Below are positions 1 to 12,686 of a DNA stretch of 41,612 nt, in pieces. The stretch is from Buttiauxella sp. (GTDB lineage: Bacteria; Pseudomonadota; Gammaproteobacteria; Enterobacterales; Enterobacteriaceae), in the NCBI GenBank assembly GCA_031993245.1, contig DALYUA010000001.1:1-41612 (forward strand), read 5' to 3'. Below the pieces are notes generated by a model. The model saw only the letters and a list, made by a program, of their open reading frames with translations, was not told the origin of the DNA and did no database searches. How positions within the stretch are numbered: the stretch's first letter is position 1; each line of letters begins with the position of its first letter. The position numbers and the translations under genes were made by a program.

Positions 1-994
1 CCCAGCGGGAGGTAAACTGACGCAGCACGGCGGCTTGCTGAGTAAAATCTATGTTGATGATAGGGTCGTTAAGATGCAGCGCGCCGTTAATGAAGTCACT
101 GGCGTTTAGCGACAACCTGCCATCATCACTTTGCCACCCGCCGTTGGCGAGGGTCAGATTGCGCAGGCTTAAATCTAAATCTGTGACCGCCCAGTCCTTG
201 CCTTCCAGCCGCGCGTCGGTGATCTCCAGGCTGTCTACTTTCAGGGACGGGACGGTGGCGAGGGGAGCCAGGAAATCGCTTATGGATTTATTCGTTTGCA
301 AACGAATATCGTTGAGGCGCAGGCTGCCAATTTGCCACGAGCCATCCGCGTTACGATTTGCAGTGCCGGTAAGCGAGCCGCGAGCCATATCCGCGCCGAT
401 GGTAGAAAGCGTTACCCGACCCTGATTAATGGCGCCCTGCAACAGCACGTTGCTTGCGGGCACGCCGTTAAGCGTCATCGAACCCGCGCTGAACTGAATA
501 TCTGCCGTGCTGCCCAGCACCTTTCCTTTTGCAGGCTGCCACGGCGTGACGCCACCGTTCACTCGCTGAGCATGTAAATCCCATTCGGTGTCAGGGCTGT
601 TAAGCGCCATATCGTTAAGTTGCAGCATGTCGGCCTGGAAGGGGAGCGGGGCGGAGGCCGGGCTGAGATTCAGGGTGCCTTTTTTCAGCAAAATAGTATC
701 AACGTGTAGCGGTTCCGAAAGCTGGCGGGAGCTCAGGCCTATATCAACGCTCTGGGCAACCAGGGTCGCTGGCTGGCCTTTGCGTCCAAACGTCACGTTG
801 CTGAAGGTCAGGTGCATGGGAGAAGCCCAGCGGTGTTCCATCACATTAAACGAAAAATCGTAGTCGCTTTTCTCGTTAATCCAGCTACTGATCTGGCCTG
901 CTCCCCAGCGGGTCTGCAGCAAAATATAAGCAGCAATCAGCACGACCAGAACGATCGCTACGAGTATCACAATAAGCTTTCCGAGAAATTTCAT
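1..994 (-). CDS. yicH: AsmA family protein YicH, N-terminal part (runs off the window edge)
   Basis: Not in the ORF track. ATG at 994 on the minus strand reads MKFLGKLIVILVAIVLVVLIAAYILLQTRWGAG, an N-terminal membrane anchor typical of YicH; it follows xanP as in E. coli. Confidence 0.85.
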   Translation of the reverse strand, partial: MKFLGKLIVILVAIVLVVLIAAYILLQTRWGAGQISSWINEKSDYDFSFNVMEHRWASPMHLTFSNVTFGRKGQPATLVAQSVDIGLSSRQLSEPLHVDTILLKKGTLNLSPASAPLPFQADMLQLNDMALNSPDTEWDLHAQRVNGGVTPWQPAKGKVLGSTADIQFSAGSMTLNGVPASNVLLQGAINQGRVTLSTIGADMARGSLTGTANRNADGSWQIGSLRLNDIRLQTNKSISDFLAPLATVPSLKVDSLEITDARLEGKDWAVTDLDLSLRNLTLANGGWQSDDGRLSLNASDFINGALHLNDPIINIDFTQQAAVLRQFTSRW

Positions 995-1078
995 TGTCTT
1001 CCATCCTATGAAGTTTCGGTAAGGGTGTTATGCCCCATTTACCGTTATAGCTCAAGGAGGAGTTTGTCAGGGCAGGTT

Positions 1079-1113
1079 TCACGCGCCGGGGCGAACAAAT
1101 CCCCGGCGCGTGA
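1079..1113. other. Perfect 13-bp GC-rich hairpin after xanP
   Basis: tcacgcgccgggg-cgaacaaat-ccccggcgcgtga, 6 nt beyond the xanP stop; no clear U-tract. Confidence 0.6.
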
Positions 1114-1119
1114 GGGACA

Positions 1120-2511
1120 TCAATCTTTCTCAGGCGGGAAAATAAGGTTCAGCACAATCGCGGTGATACCGCCGGCAGCAATTCCGGAGGAGAGCAGCGT
1201 TTTCAGCCAGTCAGGAGCAAACTGCAGAATCAGCGGCTGCTGAGACACGCCCATACCCACCGCCAGCGACAGCGCGATAATCATAATCGCGCGACGATTC
1301 AACGGCTCGCGTGAAACTATACGCACGCCGGATGCGGCTATAGTACCGAACATCACAATCGTTGCTCCGCCGAGTACCGGCTCAGGGATATGCTGCACAA
1401 AACCGCTTACCGCAGGGAACAGGCCCAGCACAATCAGCATCAGCGCTACCACAAAACCGACGTAGCGGCTGGCGACACCGGTGAGCTGGATAACGCCGTT
1501 GTTTTGTCCAAAGCAGGAGTTCGGGAAGGTGTTGAAGATAGCGGATACGCAGGAGTTCAGGCCGTTGGCCAGCACGCCGCCCTTGAGGCGTTTCATATAC
1601 AGCGGGCCCGAAACGGGCTGCTCGGAAACATCAGAGGTAGCGGTAATATCCCCGATAGTTTCCAGCGAGGTCACCATAAACACCAGCATCAGCGGGATCA
1701 GCAGATTCCAGTCAATGCCCAGACCGTAATAAAGCGGTGTCGGGACCATGATTAAATCGGTGTTCGTTGGGGCAGTGGTTTCCGGCAGCATATCCAGCGC
1801 CCATGCCAGGGCATAGCCCACAGCCATCGCGATGACCAGAGACGCGACGCGCAGATACGGGTTACGCTGGCGGTTCAGCAGAATAATCACCAGCAATACG
1901 GCACCGGCCAGCAGCAGGTTTTTCGGCGCGCCAAAGGTGTGATCGTTCATCGCGGCGTATCCGCCACCGATAGAGTTAAGCCCTACCTGAATCAGCGACA
2001 GACCGATAATCATCACCACGACGCCGGATACCAGCGGAGTAATAATACGGCGCGCCAGGTGCAATATGCGGGAAAGCGCCATCTCCGTGCAGCTTGCGAG
2101 CATCAACGTACCGAAGAGCGCCGCCATCATTGTCGGCACGTCTGCACCGCCATTTTTTAGCGCCATACCGCCCATAATCAGCGGTGAGACAAAGTTGAAG
2201 CTGGTGCCCTGAATCGACAGCAGTCCCGATCCCACAGGACCCCACGCTTTAATTCGAATAATAGAAGCTACGCCGGAGGCGAACAGCGACATGCTGATAA
2301 TGTGCTGCGTGTCTGATGCCGGTAATCCCAGCGCCTGGCAAATCAGTAATGCCGGCGTGATAACCGCGACAAACATCGCCAGCAGGTGCTGACAGGCGGC
2401 GAAAAGCGTTTGCGGAAGAGGAGGTCTGTCTTCGAGGCGATAAATCAATTCACTGGAGCGAGTCGATGCAACCGGTTGCGCATTTTCTGACTCAACGGCA
2501 TTTACAGACAT
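1120..2511 (-). CDS. xanP: Xanthine:H+ symporter, NAT/NCS2 family
   Basis: 463 aa; QH motif in TM1 (CQHLLAMF); NAT signature [23 protein letters not shown]; synteny. Confidence 0.93.
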   Translation of the reverse strand: MSVNAVESENAQPVASTRSSELIYRLEDRPPLPQTLFAACQHLLAMFVAVITPALLICQALGLPASDTQHIISMSLFASGVASIIRIKAWGPVGSGLLSIQGTSFNFVSPLIMGGMALKNGGADVPTMMAALFGTLMLASCTEMALSRILHLARRIITPLVSGVVVMIIGLSLIQVGLNSIGGGYAAMNDHTFGAPKNLLLAGAVLLVIILLNRQRNPYLRVASLVIAMAVGYALAWALDMLPETTAPTNTDLIMVPTPLYYGLGIDWNLLIPLMLVFMVTSLETIGDITATSDVSEQPVSGPLYMKRLKGGVLANGLNSCVSAIFNTFPNSCFGQNNGVIQLTGVASRYVGFVVALMLIVLGLFPAVSGFVQHIPEPVLGGATIVMFGTIAASGVRIVSREPLNRRAIMIIALSLAVGMGVSQQPLILQFAPDWLKTLLSSGIAAGGITAIVLNLIFPPEKD

Positions 2512-2563
2512 CAGAGGAGGTCCCGTGGTGGAAAAGCGGAGATTTTAACGAACTGGATGGTAA

Positions 2564-2579
2564 AAGCAAACGATTGCAT
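2564..2579. promoter_or_regulatory. PurR operator upstream of xanP
   Basis: aagcaaacgattgcat matches the PurR consensus ACGCAAACGTTTNCNT and lies about 52 nt upstream of a purine permease start. Confidence 0.8.
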
Positions 2580-2650
2580 GGCGGCACTGTTAATATTTAA
2601 AGCTTATACGGCGGTTAAGCCGTATCTGGTGCTGGCAGTATTTTGAGTTA

Positions 2651-4732
2651 TCAGGCGTTAGAGTAGCGTTCCGTTTCCGGCATCCAGCGTTCAATCAGCG
2701 CGGCTGCCTGCTCCGGGAAACGTTCGTGAATATGACGGGCAAGCCGCTGCACTTCCGGGATCATCGCCTGATCGCGTAGCAAGTCCGCTACTTTAAACTC
2801 GGCGCTTCCCGTCTGGCGCGTACCGAGTAGCTCTCCCGGTCCACGAATTTCCAGGTCTTTTTGCGCAATCACAAAGCCATCGTTGCTGTCCCGTAAAACC
2901 TGCAAACGCAACTGGGCCGTTTTGGACAGGGGGGACTTATAAAGCAGCACGCAATGGGAGGCGACGGCACCGCGGCCAACGCGACCACGTAGCTGGTGAA
3001 GCTGCGCCAGCCCCAGACGTTCCGGGTTTTCAATAATCATCAGGCTGGCGTTCGGCACATCCACGCCGACTTCAATAACCGTCGTGGCGATCAGCAGTTG
3101 AATTTCGCCCTCTTTAAACGCCTGCATCACCGCCTGTTTTTCCTGCGGCTTCATACGTCCGTGTACTAACCCAACGTTGAGATCGGGCAGAGCAGCTTTG
3201 AGCTCTTCCCATGTGACTTCCGCCGCCTGCGCTTCCAGTAGTTCCGACTCTTCAATCAGGGTACAAACCCAGTAAGCCTGACGTTTTTCCGTTGTGCAGG
3301 CGCTGCGTACTCTTTCGATAATCTCGTTACGGCGCGTATCCGCGATGGCAACGGTAGTGACAGGGGTACGGCCCGGTGGAAGCTCATCGATAACTGACGT
3401 ATCCAGATCGGCGTAAGCGGTCATCGCGAGCGTGCGGGGGATTGGCGTGGCCGTCATGATTAGCTGATGCGGATGGAAGCCCTGAACCTGCCCCTTTTCC
3501 CACAGCGCGAGCCGCTGATGAACGCCAAAGCGATGCTGTTCATCGATAATTACCAGCGCCAGGCCGGCAAACTGGACCTGTTCCTGGAAGATAGCGTGCG
3601 TGCCGACAACCATCGATACCTGGCCGCTGGCAATGGCTTCCTGCTGCGCAATACGCGCTTTGCCTTTTTGCTTTCCGGCAAGCCAGCCGACTTCAATACC
3701 CAGCGGCGCAAACCACTGGCGGAAGTTGCTGGCGTGCTGTTCAGCGAGCAACTCTGTAGGCGCCATCAGGCCAACCTGCTTGCCGTGCGCAATCGCTCGT
3801 AGCGCTGCAAATGCCGCAACCAGGGTTTTCCCTGAACCTACATCGCCCTGCACCAGACGCATCATCGGCACGTCCAGCGCCATGTCGTGTTCGATTTCCG
3901 CAACGACGCGCTCCTGTGCGCCGGTTGGTTTAAACGGCAGAGCAGCCAGGAGGCGATTTTTCAGTTCGTCGTGATTAACCAGCGGTAACGCGTGATAGCG
4001 CTGAGCACCCGCGCGCAGCGCCAGCATGCTCAGATTATGCGCCAGTAATTCTTCGAGAATTAAGCGCTGCTGGGCCGGATGTTTGCCTGTCTCCAGATCC
4101 GCAAGCTGCATATCCGGCGGCGGACGATGCAGAGTGCGTAGGGCTTCCGGCAGGCTCATCATTCCCTGACTCAGCTCCGGCGGGAGTAATTCAGCAATGG
4201 CGCAGGTATCCAGCAGCTCCAGCGCCTGATCGGTCAGCTTGCGCAGCGTTGCCTGGCGGATGCCTTCGGTGGTGGGATAAACGGGCGTTAGCGTCTCCTG
4301 CAGTTCCGGCGTGCTGAGATCGCCCTGTACGCGGTATTCCGGATGGATCATCTCCGCGCCGTGTGTACCGCGCTTTGCCTCGCCATAGGCAAGTACACGT
4401 TTGCCCGGAGCCAGGCTGTTCTTCATCGCGGCATTGAAATTGAAAAAGCGCATCGTCAGCATGCCGGTGCCGTCGGTAATCTGACAGGTCATCATCCGGC
4501 GGCGGCCAAAACTGATGTTACTGTTCAGCACTTCCCCTTCCACCGTGGCGTAAACGCCAGGCACAAGTTCATTAATAGGATAAAGATGGGTGCGGTCTTC
4601 GTAGCGCAACGGAAGGTGAAGCAGTAAATCCTGAATGGTGTGCAGACCAATTTTGGCCAGTTTTCCGCTCTGGCTGGCGCCCACTCCGGCAAGCGTGCTT
4701 AACGGTATGGCATCCAGCAAACGGCCTTTCAT
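2651..4732 (-). CDS. recG: ATP-dependent DNA helicase RecG
   Basis: 693 aa; Walker A QGDVGSGKT, DEQH, TATPIPRT, QLRGRVGRG. Confidence 0.98.
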   Translation of the reverse strand: MKGRLLDAIPLSTLAGVGASQSGKLAKIGLHTIQDLLLHLPLRYEDRTHLYPINELVPGVYATVEGEVLNSNISFGRRRMMTCQITDGTGMLTMRFFNFNAAMKNSLAPGKRVLAYGEAKRGTHGAEMIHPEYRVQGDLSTPELQETLTPVYPTTEGIRQATLRKLTDQALELLDTCAIAELLPPELSQGMMSLPEALRTLHRPPPDMQLADLETGKHPAQQRLILEELLAHNLSMLALRAGAQRYHALPLVNHDELKNRLLAALPFKPTGAQERVVAEIEHDMALDVPMMRLVQGDVGSGKTLVAAFAALRAIAHGKQVGLMAPTELLAEQHASNFRQWFAPLGIEVGWLAGKQKGKARIAQQEAIASGQVSMVVGTHAIFQEQVQFAGLALVIIDEQHRFGVHQRLALWEKGQVQGFHPHQLIMTATPIPRTLAMTAYADLDTSVIDELPPGRTPVTTVAIADTRRNEIIERVRSACTTEKRQAYWVCTLIEESELLEAQAAEVTWEELKAALPDLNVGLVHGRMKPQEKQAVMQAFKEGEIQLLIATTVIEVGVDVPNASLMIIENPERLGLAQLHQLRGRVGRGAVASHCVLLYKSPLSKTAQLRLQVLRDSNDGFVIAQKDLEIRGPGELLGTRQTGSAEFKVADLLRDQAMIPEVQRLARHIHERFPEQAAALIERWMPETERYSNA

Positions 4733-4735
4733 GCC

Positions 4736-5425
4736 TTACTCCGCGGACTGCATTGTGGCCCACCAGGCGGCATCAGCTTCGATTTCACCTTGCTGATTCA
4801 CATGGGGGTAGGGCAGGCCCTTACGGCGGGAGACGCGTGCCAGCACCGGATAACCGCCTTCAAACAGCAGGCGCTGTTGTTCAGACTCCGGCAGGGTGCT
4901 GTTTTCGCGCTGATACATACCGGCATTCTGGCGCTGGCGCTGCGCCTCATAAAGGATAAGCGCGGAGGCGACAGAAACGTTGAGCGACTGCACCATGCCG
5001 ATCATCGGGATGATTATGTCCCGATCTGCCAGCGCCAGCGCTTCCTGAGTGATGCCGGTTTTCTCCTGGCCCATCAGAATGCAGGTCGGGCGCGTGTAAT
5101 CAATTTCACGGAAATCGACGGCCTTATCAGAAAGGTTAGTGGCAAGGATTTGCATGCCGCTGTTTTTTAGTTGTGAAACCGCATCGCTAATGGTGCGATG
5201 GGTTTTAACTTCGACCCAGGAATTACTGCCCGCAGCGGATGAGGCCATGGTGCGCATGCGATTTCCCGGCCAGACGGCGTGAACCTCGTGCACGCCCACC
5301 GCGTCTGCGGTGCGGATAATCGCCGAGACGTTATGAGGTTTATGGACCTGCTCCATGCAGACCGTCAGATCGGGCTGACGGCGGGCTAACATTTCGCAGA
5401 TACGCGCATAACGTTGTGGATTCAT
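4736..5425 (-). CDS. trmH: tRNA (Gm18) 2'-O-methyltransferase
   Basis: 229 aa; SPOUT motifs KPHNVSAIIRTADAVG and SLNVSVA; between spoT and recG. Confidence 0.97.
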   Translation of the reverse strand: MNPQRYARICEMLARRQPDLTVCMEQVHKPHNVSAIIRTADAVGVHEVHAVWPGNRMRTMASSAAGSNSWVEVKTHRTISDAVSQLKNSGMQILATNLSDKAVDFREIDYTRPTCILMGQEKTGITQEALALADRDIIIPMIGMVQSLNVSVASALILYEAQRQRQNAGMYQRENSTLPESEQQRLLFEGGYPVLARVSRRKGLPYPHVNQQGEIEADAAWWATMQSAE

Positions 5426-5429
5426 AACG

Positions 5430-7541
5430 TTAGTTTCTGTTACGGGTGACTTTAATCACGTCCGGCATCACGCGGATTTTACGCATGATATTCGCCAGAT
5501 GGATACGATCGCGGGCCGTCAGTCGAATGAAGGCGCTATAAACGCGGCCGTCTTTTTCTTCGGTATTCAGGCTTTGAATATTCGACCCCGCGTTGTTCAG
5601 CGCCGCGGTGAGATTTGCCAGCGCGCCCTGGTGGTTAAACATATCCACCTTGATCTCGGTGATGAACTCCTGCTCCGCCTCTTTATCCCATTCCACAGCC
5701 ATAAACTTCTCTGGCTCTTTTTGGTAGCCGCGGATGTTTCGACAGGATTCATGATGGATAACCAGGCCCTTGCCGGGGCTGACATGGGCAACAATCGGGT
5801 CACCGGGAATCGGACGGCAGCATTTTGCAAAAGTAATCAGCACGCCGTCTGCGCCTTTGATCGGCAGATGGCTATGCGGCAGGGCATTCGCCTGCAGCGA
5901 GACTTGCGAATCCCCCTGCAGGTTTTTCGCAACGACCACGCTCATGGCATTGCCAAGGCCGATTTCCGCCAGCAAATCATCAAGCGAGGCGAGCTTCATA
6001 CGCTCAAGCTCACGCTGGATGTTTTCTGGTGGGACTTCGGCCAGCTTGCGGCTGCCGCCTAAGGCATGATTCAACAGGCGGCGTCCCAGGTTAACAGAGT
6101 CGTCTCGCTTAAGGTTCTTCAGCATCTGACGAATTTTGGCGCGCGCTTTAGAGCTGACCACAAAGTTCAGCCAGGCGGCGTTCGGGCGAGCACCCGGCGC
6201 GGTAATGACTTCGATAGTCTGGCCGCTGGTAAGCGGCTGCGACAGCGGATAGGGCTGGCGGTCGACCCGGGCGCCGACGCAGGCGTGACCGATGTCGGTA
6301 TGTACCGCGTAGGCGAAGTCCACGGGTGTTGCTCCTGCCGGGAGCTCGACAATACGCCCTTCCGGGGTGAAAACGTAAATCTCATCCGGGAAGAGATCGG
6401 ATTTAACGCTCTCGATAAATTCAAAGGAGCTGCCGGCGCTCTGCTGCAGTTCCAGCAGGCTTTGCATCCAGCGCTGGGCGCGGATTTGTGCGGTAGTGCC
6501 GCTTTCACCCTGTTCTTTATAAGCCCAGTGGGCGGCAACCCCCATCTCAGCCATCTGGTCCATATCTTCGGTACGGATTTGCACTTCTACCGGTACGCCG
6601 TGTGGACCAATCATCGAAGTATGCAGGGACTGATAGCCGTTCGCTTTCGGAATGGCGATATAATCTTTCACCCGCCCCGGACGTGGCTTGTAGAGGCTAT
6701 GCATTTGCCCAAGAACGCGGTAGCAGGTATCCATGTCATGGACGATTACGCGGAAGGCGTAGATGTCCATAATCGAGTGGAAACGCTGTTCTTTAAGCGT
6801 CATTTTGCAGTAGATGGAGTAAAGATGCTTTTCGCGGCCGCTGACGCGACACGGAATACCCGCCTCCTGTAAACGCCCGTCGATCTCAGAGAGGATTTTT
6901 TGAATCATCTCTTTGCGGTTACCGCGCGCCGCTTTAACCACTTCTTTAATGACGCGGTAGCGGTTCGGGTAAAGCGCTTCAAAGCCCAGCTCTTCCAGCT
7001 CGGTTTTCAGATGGTGAATACCAAGACGGTGGGCCAGCGGACTATAGATTTCGAGGGTTTCACGGGCGATGCGGCGGCGCTTGTCCGGACGCAGCGACCC
7101 CAGGGTACGCATGTTGTGCGTGCGGTCGGCGAGTTTGATCAGAATGACGCGGATATCCTGCACCATCGCCATGATCATTTTGCGGAAGTTTTCGGCCTGG
7201 GCCTCTTTCTTGTCGCGGAACTTCAGTTTATCCAGCTTAGAAACCCCCTCCACCAGCTCGGCAACGCTTTTGCCAAACAGCTGTTCCATATCCTGGTAGG
7301 TGGCAGGGGTGTCTTCAATCACATCATGCAGTAGCGCTGCCATTAGCGTTTCATAGTCGAGTTTCATCTCGGCCAGAATGCAGGCAACCGCCACAGGATG
7401 GGTGATATAGGGTTCACCGCTTGAACGTGCTTGTCCCTCGTGAGCATCACGCGCGACAAGATAGGCTTGCCGGAGGCGCTTTATCTGCTCCTCGGGCAAG
7501 TATTGTTGAATCAGCTGATTCAGGCTTTCAAACAGATACAA
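5430..7541 (-). CDS. spoT: Bifunctional (p)ppGpp synthetase/hydrolase SpoT
   Basis: 703 aa; HD domain (LLHDVIEDT), synthetase NGYQSLHT, TGS and ACT domains. Confidence 0.98.
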   Translation of the reverse strand: MYLFESLNQLIQQYLPEEQIKRLRQAYLVARDAHEGQARSSGEPYITHPVAVACILAEMKLDYETLMAALLHDVIEDTPATYQDMEQLFGKSVAELVEGVSKLDKLKFRDKKEAQAENFRKMIMAMVQDIRVILIKLADRTHNMRTLGSLRPDKRRRIARETLEIYSPLAHRLGIHHLKTELEELGFEALYPNRYRVIKEVVKAARGNRKEMIQKILSEIDGRLQEAGIPCRVSGREKHLYSIYCKMTLKEQRFHSIMDIYAFRVIVHDMDTCYRVLGQMHSLYKPRPGRVKDYIAIPKANGYQSLHTSMIGPHGVPVEVQIRTEDMDQMAEMGVAAHWAYKEQGESGTTAQIRAQRWMQSLLELQQSAGSSFEFIESVKSDLFPDEIYVFTPEGRIVELPAGATPVDFAYAVHTDIGHACVGARVDRQPYPLSQPLTSGQTIEVITAPGARPNAAWLNFVVSSKARAKIRQMLKNLKRDDSVNLGRRLLNHALGGSRKLAEVPPENIQRELERMKLASLDDLLAEIGLGNAMSVVVAKNLQGDSQVSLQANALPHSHLPIKGADGVLITFAKCCRPIPGDPIVAHVSPGKGLVIHHESCRNIRGYQKEPEKFMAVEWDKEAEQEFITEIKVDMFNHQGALANLTAALNNAGSNIQSLNTEEKDGRVYSAFIRLTARDRIHLANIMRKIRVMPDVIKVTRNRN

Positions 7542-7560
7542 GGGCTACCCGCAGGGCTAA

Positions 7561-7836
7561 TTAACGACGACCTTCAGCAATAGCGGTAACGGCCTGCAGT
7601 TCTGCGGCTTCCTGCTCTTGCTGCTCCTGGCGATCACGAACATCGAGAATCTGGTTGGTGATCAACCCTTCTTCGATTTCGCGCAGTGCGATAACGGTCG
7701 TTTTATCGTTTTCTTCAGGTACCAGAGGATCTTTACCACCGGTTTGCATCTGACGAGCGCGACGTGCGGCGACCAGTACCAGGTCAAAACGGTTACCAAT
7801 TTTCTCTACAGCGTCCTGAACGGTTACGCGTGCCAT
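7561..7836 (-). CDS. rpoZ: RNA polymerase omega subunit
   Basis: 91 aa, [28 protein letters not shown]. Confidence 0.99.
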   Translation of the reverse strand: MARVTVQDAVEKIGNRFDLVLVAARRARQMQTGGKDPLVPEENDKTTVIALREIEEGLITNQILDVRDRQEQQEQEAAELQAVTAIAEGRR

Positions 7837-7889
7837 ATTTTAAAGCTCCACAGATGAAGAAATGACTGGGCATGATACTGAAACTGGGC

Positions 7890-11077
<3,188 letters not shown>

Positions 11078-11272
11078 AAATACCCCCGGAGAAAACGCGC
11101 AAAGGGTAGCGTTTTGCGGGATGCATCACGACTGATATTTTTTAAGCTGATTTTTTATTGATTAGTTTTATTTATGTGAAAGCTGTTATTTCTTCAGCAG
11201 AAGGCTATCAGGTTAAAATGTGGTGCGGTAAAAAGGATTACTATAACTATTGAACTGGAGGGAGCGGTAACG

Positions 11273-11662
11273 ATGAATATCTCAGCGATGCTAAGGGCGT
11301 TAGCAAATGGAATCAATCCTGAAACGGGAGAAATATTGTCTTCCGGTTCGGTAGCCAATAAACCTGAAGCCATACGGATGTTGTTTACCCTGGCCGAGGA
11401 GTTAGCCGCAGAGCCAGAAAAACAGAAAAAATCGAAACTGTCTCCAGAGGAGCGGCAGCAAAAGAATCTTGCCGAAGGGCGACCAGCGAAATCGCACTTT
11501 CCCTGGACTGAAGAAGAGCGGCATTTGCTTGAGGAAAGCTATAACCAGAAGAATTCTATCGAAGCGCTAAGTACGCAGTTTGAACGTTCCGCACGTGCAG
11601 TAGCCATTCAACTGGAAAAGATGGGGTTGATAACGGCAGAAGAACTTGTGGTGTATACGTAA
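11273..11662 (+). CDS. Hypothetical protein with a C-terminal Myb/SANT-like helix-turn-helix
   Basis: 129 aa; RBS ggagggag upstream; own terminator; pattern PWTEEE..LL..SY....SIEALS..FERS..AV..QLEKMGLI. Confidence 0.75.
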   Translation: MNISAMLRALANGINPETGEILSSGSVANKPEAIRMLFTLAEELAAEPEKQKKSKLSPEERQQKNLAEGRPAKSHFPWTEEERHLLEESYNQKNSIEALSTQFERSARAVAIQLEKMGLITAEELVVYT

Positions 11663-11670
11663 AAGATGAG

Positions 11671-11695
11671 GAAGCCCGATGAAACGGGCTTCTTT
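11671..11695 (+). terminator. Intrinsic terminator between the orphan gene and yicC
   Basis: gaagcccg-atgaaa-cgggcttc followed by ttt. Confidence 0.65.
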
Positions 11696-11699
11696 GGTT

Positions 11700-12563
11700 C
11701 TACTCGATATTCTGGATCTGCTCGCGCATCTGTTCAATCAGCACCTTGAGCTCAATGGCTGAGTTGGTGACATCAGAATTGATGGATTTGGAAGCCAGAG
11801 TGTTCGACTCGCGGTTGAACTCCTGCATCATAAAGTCGAGGCGACGGCCAACGGCTTCTTTTTTCTTCAGAATGTTGTATGTCTCTTTGACGTGCGCTTC
11901 CAGACGATCCAGCTCCTCTGCAACATCGATACGTTGCACCATAAGAACCAGCTCTTGCTCAAGACGCGTGTTTTCAAGCTGAACCTGGGCTTCTTCAAGT
12001 TTGCTGACCAGACGTTCACGCTGCCATTTAACCACTTCTGGCATCTGCGCACGCACTTTAGTAACTTCAGCGCTGACGCCTTCAAGTCTTTGTTCGATAA
12101 GACCTTTTAGCGCCTGTCCTTCGGTTTCGCGGGCCAGGATGAAATCGTCCAGGGCGCCATCCAGCGCGGCAAGGATTTCAGCGGTGATGGCATCAAGGTC
12201 CTGCTCCTGGGCGGACATCACGCCCGGCCAACGTAAAATATCAACCGGATTAATTTCGCCTTCGTCGCTTTGCATTTTTACCCAGTTTGCTGCTTCAACG
12301 AGCTGTTTAGCCAGTTTTTCGTTAAGCAGGAGAGAGCTTTGCGCGCGTGCGTCAGGTTCGAAGCGAAGATTACATTCGATTTTTCCGCGAGTTAAGCGGG
12401 TACGAATGCGTTCGCGGGCCACGGGTTCGAGGCTACGGAACTGTTCCGGCATGCGAATATAAGTTTCAAGATAACGTTGGTTTACCGAACGTAATTCCCA
12501 GGAGGCGCTGCCCCATTCGCCTTTGACTTCACGTCGGGCATAGGCGGTCATACTGCGGATCAT
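11700..12563 (-). CDS. yicC: YicC/YloC family endoribonuclease
   Basis: 287 aa; MIRSMTAYAR N-terminus, GRRLDFMMQEFNRESNTLASKS, REQIQNIE C-terminus. Confidence 0.96.
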   Translation of the reverse strand: MIRSMTAYARREVKGEWGSASWELRSVNQRYLETYIRMPEQFRSLEPVARERIRTRLTRGKIECNLRFEPDARAQSSLLLNEKLAKQLVEAANWVKMQSDEGEINPVDILRWPGVMSAQEQDLDAITAEILAALDGALDDFILARETEGQALKGLIEQRLEGVSAEVTKVRAQMPEVVKWQRERLVSKLEEAQVQLENTRLEQELVLMVQRIDVAEELDRLEAHVKETYNILKKKEAVGRRLDFMMQEFNRESNTLASKSINSDVTNSAIELKVLIEQMREQIQNIE

Positions 12564-12596
12564 AAATCGTTACCGTATTAAGCAATGGATGGGGGG

Positions 12597-12652
12597 ATTA
12601 TAGCCATGCCCGACCGGGCATGATAGGAATAAGCGTCCGAAGTCCGTATAAT
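12597..12652. promoter_or_regulatory. Divergent yicC/rph promoter region
   Basis: TATAAT on the minus strand (12597-12602) toward yicC and TATAAT on the plus strand (12647-12652) toward rph, the latter followed by a GC-rich discriminator gcgcgcc. Confidence 0.65.
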
Positions 12653-12686
12653 GCGCGCCACATTCGTTTTAGCCGGAGATAAGCCC

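Noticed and set aside
6066..6872. 268-aa antisense ORF inside spoT, and many other antisense or nested ORFs in the track
   Set aside because: Shadow frames of conserved genes with no recognisable motifs or supporting RBS.
11128..11145. Possible att-like duplicate of the yicC 3' end (actgatatt versus actcgatatt)
   Set aside because: Too short and gapped, and there is no integrase nearby.
11183..11200. Possible LexA box upstream of the orphan in the dinD slot
   Set aside because: Spacing is CTG-N9-CAG or CTG-N12-CAG, not the required CTG-N10-CAG.
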